Source of the DNA: Gemmataceae bacterium
GTDB taxonomy: Bacteria; Planctomycetota; Planctomycetia; Gemmatales; Gemmataceae
Direction: 5' to 3'
Length of the DNA stretch: 43,173 nucleotides
Assembly: GCA_041750275.1 (NCBI GenBank)
Contig: JBGSZR010000301.1
Span: forward strand, 1-43,173
Part shown: in pieces, positions 39,501 through 43,173 of the stretch
How the letters are laid out: each line of letters opens with the position of its first letter
How positions within the stretch are numbered: the first letter of the stretch is position 1
Notes under the pieces: generated by a model
What the model saw: the letters and a program-made list of their open reading frames with translations, nothing else
Told to the model about the DNA's origin: nothing
The model's database searches: none
Made by a program: the position numbers and the translations under genes

Positions 39501-41488
39501 ACCCCACGCACCTGGGCCGCAAGTCTGAGCCGCGGCTTAGCACGCAAGAATCCGTCACGCATCGCTTGCAGTTCGCCGCGGTGCCGCAAAAAGCAGATTC
39601 CGGTGCCTCTGGGCAGTTCACCACGCGCGTGCTCTACCGTGGCCACATCTACGAGCGCACGACGGAGCTGCGGCCCACCGGCAGCCCTTCACGCACGCTC
39701 GTCTATTCGCCACCGAAGGGTGATGCGGCCTTCTATGTGATCGCGGATCGCAAGGACGTGGCCGGTGCCGTCACCATCCTGATCGACCGCAGCGACAGCA
39801 TGAAGTTGACCCCGGCGGGTGCCACGGAATCGAAGTACACCCAGGTGTGCGAGGCACTGCGCGAAATCCTCGACGACTTGCCCGAGAACACGGAGCTCAC
39901 CATCGCCGGTTTTTATGGTGAGAACCGCATCGTGCATGTGGCACCCGCAAACGGTCAAATGCCGATCACCTGGAAAGGCGGGGTGGAGCAGAAGAAGCGT
40001 GTCATGGCGGCGGTCGAAAGCATGACGCCCATCGACAACGGCATCACACCCATCGGCCTGAGTATTGAGCGGATTCTCTCGAAGGAAGGCGGAGCCGCGT
40101 TCTGGCCCAGGAATGCTTCCGGTGTGCGAACGCTCATCGTGCTGACGGATGGTGAAGACATCTCCACCGCGGCCAAGCCCGGGCACGTCGCTTTGAATGC
40201 CCTGCTCGATACCAGCGAGGACACGTCGCTGCACCTGGTGCTGTTCGCGCTGAATGCGGACCAACAAACGAAGGCCATCGATCAGTTTGACGTCACGACG
40301 CACCTGCCCACGTTCCGGGAACGCGGTCGCACGCCGGCCGTGATTTACCCGAACGTGAAGAATGCGGCAGGCATTGCCGAAAAGATTCGCGAGGCAATGC
40401 GGCCGCGCGTGAAGTATTGCCGGGAAGAGACCGCAAATGATTCGCGGGCCTGGCGAAACCTGATCGTGACACTGCCAGGCGAACCGACACGCCGTCCGTC
40501 GATCGGTGTCCCCGCTGGTGATTACTACCTCCGCGGATTGCGTGATCCCCAGAAGCTCCGACTCGAACCGGGCGACCGCGTCATCCTCACCAGCGTGGCC
40601 AGCGGCAACAAGTTCAACCTCACAGTGCCCTCATTCGCTTACGATCTCGCCGGCGATCCCAACACCGGCTGGCCACGGGCCCAGTCGAATGCCGTGCGCA
40701 TGACTCTGGAAACCACGCGATTGCGTGCTCCAGGCGGCTTCACCGATCTCGATGCCGTGGTCACGCTTGAATCCAACAGCACCCAGGCAGGTGAATATCT
40801 CCGCTTGCCGCGCCCTGCCTTCGCCTGGTTCGATGTGACTGGCCCCGATGGCAAGCCAGGCGATCCCGAGCTGCGCACCGCACTCCGCATCGAGAATCGC
40901 ACTGGCCTCGTGGCACCCGCCTGGAACCTGCAACTCACACGCTGGGATCGCAGCGTGGCCCAGGATCGCATTCGCCGCCCGACGGTCACGGGCTTCTGGA
41001 TCGAAGGCTTCCCTGCACCAGCGTACAAGTACTCGTTCGACTTGCGGGCACTCCCCACCAAGACCACGCGCATTCTTGTCGATGGCCTGCCGGTGGATGT
41101 TGCCCCGCCCACGATCGAACATGCGGGCGGCCCCGGCCTGGAAGAAGGCGATTATCTCACCCTGCGTGCCAGCTACAGTGACCCCACCCGGCCCATTCTC
41201 ATTCGCCCCGGCAAGCTGAAGGGCGTGAACCAGCGGTTCGATCTCTGCGAGCAACACCTGTACTTCGACGCTTCAGGCCGATACACGGCAAGGTTTGGCC
41301 CCATCACGGAACTCGACAAGAAGATCGGCACCGTGGAAGCCGATTTCTTCTCGGTTTCCGATCTGCGTGAGCGTGCCCGTGGGCGGGATAACGAGCCCGT
41401 GCGAGCCGTGAGCGTGAGCTACCCCGGCACGCGCCCTCTCAAAACCGGCAACCTCTCCGCACTGCTGGAGTTCGAACCCGAGAAGTGA
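36506..41488 (+). CDS. Giant single-pass membrane protein: short cytoplasmic N-terminus, TM helix, catalytically degenerate caspase-like domain, long helical region, vWA domain, C-terminal β-rich region
   Basis: It is 1660 aa from ATG 36506, with GGAGAG 6 nt upstream. The ORF in the track starting at 36074 would overlap the sigma-factor gene. The TM helix is 'LGRFLFAGLLTGVILALIVVVIYYW'. The caspase-fold strands are 'LVLYFSAPGG' and 'LLIFDAARL', then 'VVICSSDED…FGHFFLEGLKG'. The vWA MIDAS motif is 'ILIDRSDSM', followed by 'TPIGLSIE…LIVLTDGED' (about 39765–40300). Confidence 0.8.
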   Translation: MSSGTPGGNWRNAGGNRPASSSSTSRRSWQPGSSTNKPVIGKRRSRLGRFLFAGLLTGVILALIVVVIYYWQPAKYPTLVVVGPAGGSSLSTIDNSAGVNAASRLADWAKEGDSRPKLAAPAADTADKNAWQGKLDGDAKSLVLYFSAPGGADATGPFLWFIPEGVRTPTADHKIYIRDILTRLEGLPKGKSKLLIFDAARLRASDPHGMLFNDFARALKELDAKIDSIEGLVVICSSDEDQRAWDSEEWRSSVFGHFFLEGLKGAGGKQAGERITAAELFDYSSAETAKWALANRDEKQTPILLPLGKGRERAAKLELASVPSSGFTAASRPEVPAKMPADLEAAWGTAFQLSQRVPAPDTLDPLKWREYLDLVLRWERLVRFGENPEGVRAKAQLLAGQLELTHGAADPPCLPVAFPAGRALGVPLIKSDLAAFNKLWASPAGAARGDEWLKQLGPTRANETARRIAVAEMVVERVVNDGPTSETLATADDVLGTVDGPRVGTAEAHFIRILHRRLDPHPESRPGVDVLIEAIKLRREAEETAWVFGADTNQYPHGESLFRWVGRTVLSGDAARRSGEDLLFDGNADSWKKAAEVYFPEARTQYKQARDQARIITAAFTARDKVLARLPYYARWLAAYRGPIPPSEVERLLGKCESAARGAHTLHGFFLEDRADEAILGQLGNIDKLTKSVNADFDEVVKAFDAEVGSFANTVHPSNWHALDNALRVPFIPARERAKLLGYVRDISFQLATKSEQPGGAAAPDFPARDFAQRQGRVSLALFGDDAPDRLRALVLTPNPDAWWKSLREAGDLVGGKYQNLALEIRTETTNASAKPEYLDGGAGLQKAAYLARLVDPAAALPIGEDPPAAERRFRQHAFLLWHARRTVNDGWANLNSTAAAPSWYCMDAAKLCLDTARPLALGTEPNLPPLEIERRLKSLNQVQALGPVILDLQGPEESTITDAPVWNVDFTLSRAAKDVVGFPVFWVTPPGPELLKADPTHLGRKSEPRLSTQESVTHRLQFAAVPQKADSGASGQFTTRVLYRGHIYERTTELRPTGSPSRTLVYSPPKGDAAFYVIADRKDVAGAVTILIDRSDSMKLTPAGATESKYTQVCEALREILDDLPENTELTIAGFYGENRIVHVAPANGQMPITWKGGVEQKKRVMAAVESMTPIDNGITPIGLSIERILSKEGGAAFWPRNASGVRTLIVLTDGEDISTAAKPGHVALNALLDTSEDTSLHLVLFALNADQQTKAIDQFDVTTHLPTFRERGRTPAVIYPNVKNAAGIAEKIREAMRPRVKYCREETANDSRAWRNLIVTLPGEPTRRPSIGVPAGDYYLRGLRDPQKLRLEPGDRVILTSVASGNKFNLTVPSFAYDLAGDPNTGWPRAQSNAVRMTLETTRLRAPGGFTDLDAVVTLESNSTQAGEYLRLPRPAFAWFDVTGPDGKPGDPELRTALRIENRTGLVAPAWNLQLTRWDRSVAQDRIRRPTVTGFWIEGFPAPAYKYSFDLRALPTKTTRILVDGLPVDVAPPTIEHAGGPGLEEGDYLTLRASYSDPTRPILIRPGKLKGVNQRFDLCEQHLYFDASGRYTARFGPITELDKKIGTVEADFFSVSDLRERARGRDNEPVRAVSVSYPGTRPLKTGNLSALLEFEPEK

Positions 41489-41619
41489 TTGAGGAGAGGG
41501 AGTGGGCTGATGTGGCCCACTTTCAGACAACACGAAGCGGATAGCTTACCGAGCGTGGTATACAGAGTGACCAGGAACCACGGCGAGGTTCGCAGGCAAA
41601 CCCACGTGGCATGCATCGT

Positions 41620-42141
41620 TCATCCAAAGAGGAGCAGCACATTCCAGGGTGGTGTCTTCTCGAATTCACAACCCAGGATGAAATTGTCCCCTTCCTTCTT
41701 GCAACTGCGGACGATCACGGTCACGAAACCGATGTTGTCCGGAGCATTCGCAGCACGGACCTGGATGACGCTGCCGGACACCATGGCGGACGTCATGACG
41801 ATGCGGAGCCCGCCGGTGGAGCGATCGACCACCAGACCATCATTCACGCCGTTGCGAAAACTGTTCGACGAGAGCAACACACGCACCGGAGCCCCATCGC
41901 GGCGCACGGCGCCACGCCGATCCGCGTACGATTGCTCGGGCGGGGCCCAGTTCAGGGCTTTCTCTTCCTTCGAGGCGTTGGCCGCCCCCAGCGAAATCGC
42001 TGCCGCATCCAGCCCATCCCGGCGGCGACGGTTCAGGAAAAAAAGCCCAGTGAGCACGACAATGGCCACCAAGCCACCGATAGTGACGGGCAGATTGTGA
42101 AGGGCAAAAGCACGAATCGCATCGAGGTACTGCGCGAACAT
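41620..42141 (-). CDS. PilZ-domain protein with N-terminal TM helix (putative c-di-GMP receptor)
   Basis: An N-terminal TM helix (PVTIGGLVAIVVLTGLFF) is present. The two PilZ motifs, 'RRGAVRR' (RxxxR) and 'DRSTGGL' (DxSxGG), are correctly spaced. Confidence 0.68.
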   Translation of the reverse strand: MFAQYLDAIRAFALHNLPVTIGGLVAIVVLTGLFFLNRRRRDGLDAAAISLGAANASKEEKALNWAPPEQSYADRRGAVRRDGAPVRVLLSSNSFRNGVNDGLVVDRSTGGLRIVMTSAMVSGSVIQVRAANAPDNIGFVTVIVRSCKKEGDNFILGCEFEKTPPWNVLLLFG

Positions 42142-42356
42142 GGATGACCTCTGCCACCGGAATGAGTCGGATCAGGCTGGAAGCAACTGCCTCGGCAGCC
42201 CACATCCGGACGAACCGGAGGAAAACGTACAGCCAACCTAGCACACGTCTGACGCGATGGGAGAAATCTCGCTCAAGAGAATGAACTTCAGGCTAGAAAC
42301 GAACGTGGCCCACCCAGGCCGGGTGAGCCACTAAACACAGACGATTCACAGGCAAT

Positions 42357-43173
42357 TTACGGCTTCAGCACACCTGGCAGGGCGGAGGCGTCCAGCTTGT
42401 ACTTGATCGTTTCTGTGGTGAGCTCGGATTCGACGCGGCCCAGTTTGTCCTTCACCTGAATTTTCACGGCTCCGTTCATCGACACTTCACCGGTGCCCGC
42501 GAGGAACGAAAGGCTTTCGCAAGTGCCTTCCGCACCGAAGCCCACGAAACGAACCTTGCCGGACGCGGTCACGGCGGAAAGGCTCTGGCCTTTCTCAGGC
42601 GATTTGATGTCCACCTTCTCGCAAACCACCTTCATCACGAGATCATCGCCGCTGCGGACTTCGAACATCGGCTCGCCTTCACCGACTCGCAGGATGATGC
42701 GAAACTTGGTCGCGGCCGTCGCGATGGCCACGGGCGGTGCCACGTTCGCGCTGATGGGCTGAATGGTCGCGGCGGGCGGTGTCACCGGGCCAGGCGTGCT
42801 TGGTTCGACCACCATCGGTGGCGTGCTCGGTGTCACGGCGACAGGCGGAGCAGCTGGCGCGACCACCAACGGAGGGGTCGGCTGCGGGGTCGGCTTCGTG
42901 AACTCGATCGGCGGAGCAACCACCGGCGGATTCGTCGAAGGAAGTGTCGGTTCTGGCCCGGTCGGCAGCACCACGGGTGGGGGCACCTGGGGTGCGAATT
43001 CGGGAACCTGTGTCGTGGTGCCACTCACCGGGATCACCGGCAAGGCCGGGGCCGAAACTGGCAGTTTCATTTCGACCGGCTTGCTTTCGTTCACCACCGG
43101 CAGCACCGGCACCGAGGCTGGCGGCGGCACGCTCGGCAACAGCAGCGGATCGGCCGGTTGAGTCGTCGGTGCG
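42357..43173 (-). CDS. Proline-rich protein with a C-terminal β-rich domain, 5'-truncated by the window edge
   Basis: The frame stays open to the window edge with no in-frame stop upstream. The N-terminal part is a P/V/T/A-rich low-complexity region. The C-terminal roughly 110 aa are β-strand-like ('FRIILRVGEGEPMFEVRSGDDLVMKVVCEKVDIKSPEKG…'), perhaps LptC/OstA-like. A possible terminator hairpin lies at 42305–42331. Confidence 0.5.
   Translation of the reverse strand, partial: APTTQPADPLLLPSVPPPASVPVLPVVNESKPVEMKLPVSAPALPVIPVSGTTTQVPEFAPQVPPPVVLPTGPEPTLPSTNPPVVAPPIEFTKPTPQPTPPLVVAPAAPPVAVTPSTPPMVVEPSTPGPVTPPAATIQPISANVAPPVAIATAATKFRIILRVGEGEPMFEVRSGDDLVMKVVCEKVDIKSPEKGQSLSAVTASGKVRFVGFGAEGTCESLSFLAGTGEVSMNGAVKIQVKDKLGRVESELTTETIKYKLDASALPGVLKP

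Noticed and set aside
41489-42100. 203-aa plus-strand ORF overlapping the PilZ gene
   Set aside because: It has no recognisable features, whereas the minus-strand frame carries a TM helix plus both PilZ motifs.

Overview
This is a 43-kb, high-GC (~60–65%) bacterial chromosomal window. Its gene content points to Planctomycetota or a relative: a DUF1501 gene, a TIGR03067 domain, a formylglycine-type sulfatase, Tat/Sec-secreted giant proteins with FG-GAP repeats, a planctomycete-style ECF sigma factor, and a secreted protein carrying the 'LEDRLTP' N-terminal motif. Most of the window is ordinary housekeeping or envelope genes. Confident calls are a flotillin–NfeD (YqiK/YqiJ-like) operon, a PIN/TRAM YacL-like gene, dgt, a CcsA-family membrane gene translationally coupled to hemA, a nagB–LmbE fusion, a sulfatase, miaA, a co-directional run smpB → GT4 → Kdo/WaaP-family kinase → (gap) → DUF4013 → miaA, a GT39/83-like membrane glycosyltransferase and a PilZ protein. 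The most unusual locus is at 32.0–41.5 kb. An ECF sigma factor lies directly upstream of a Sec-secreted WD40/PDZ protein ending in an intact caspase-like (peptidase C14) domain. Divergently transcribed from the sigma factor is a 1660-aa single-pass membrane protein whose extracytoplasmic part begins with a caspase-fold domain that has lost both catalytic residues (His→Ala/Pro, Cys→Ala). That protein also carries a vWA domain with an intact MIDAS motif. I propose this as a possible periplasmic caspase/pseudo-caspase signalling or regulated-proteolysis module; it is inference only. Other second-look items are a likely ncRNA or long 3'UTR ending in a textbook terminator (9.93–10.38 kb), an AT-rich island with a 14-bp perfect hairpin (19.6–19.9 kb), alternative hairpins in the DUF1501 leader, and a low-GC non-coding stretch (22.3–22.9 kb). 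No tRNA, rRNA, CRISPR array or clear mobile element was found. Many long antisense ORFs in the track are high-GC artefacts.
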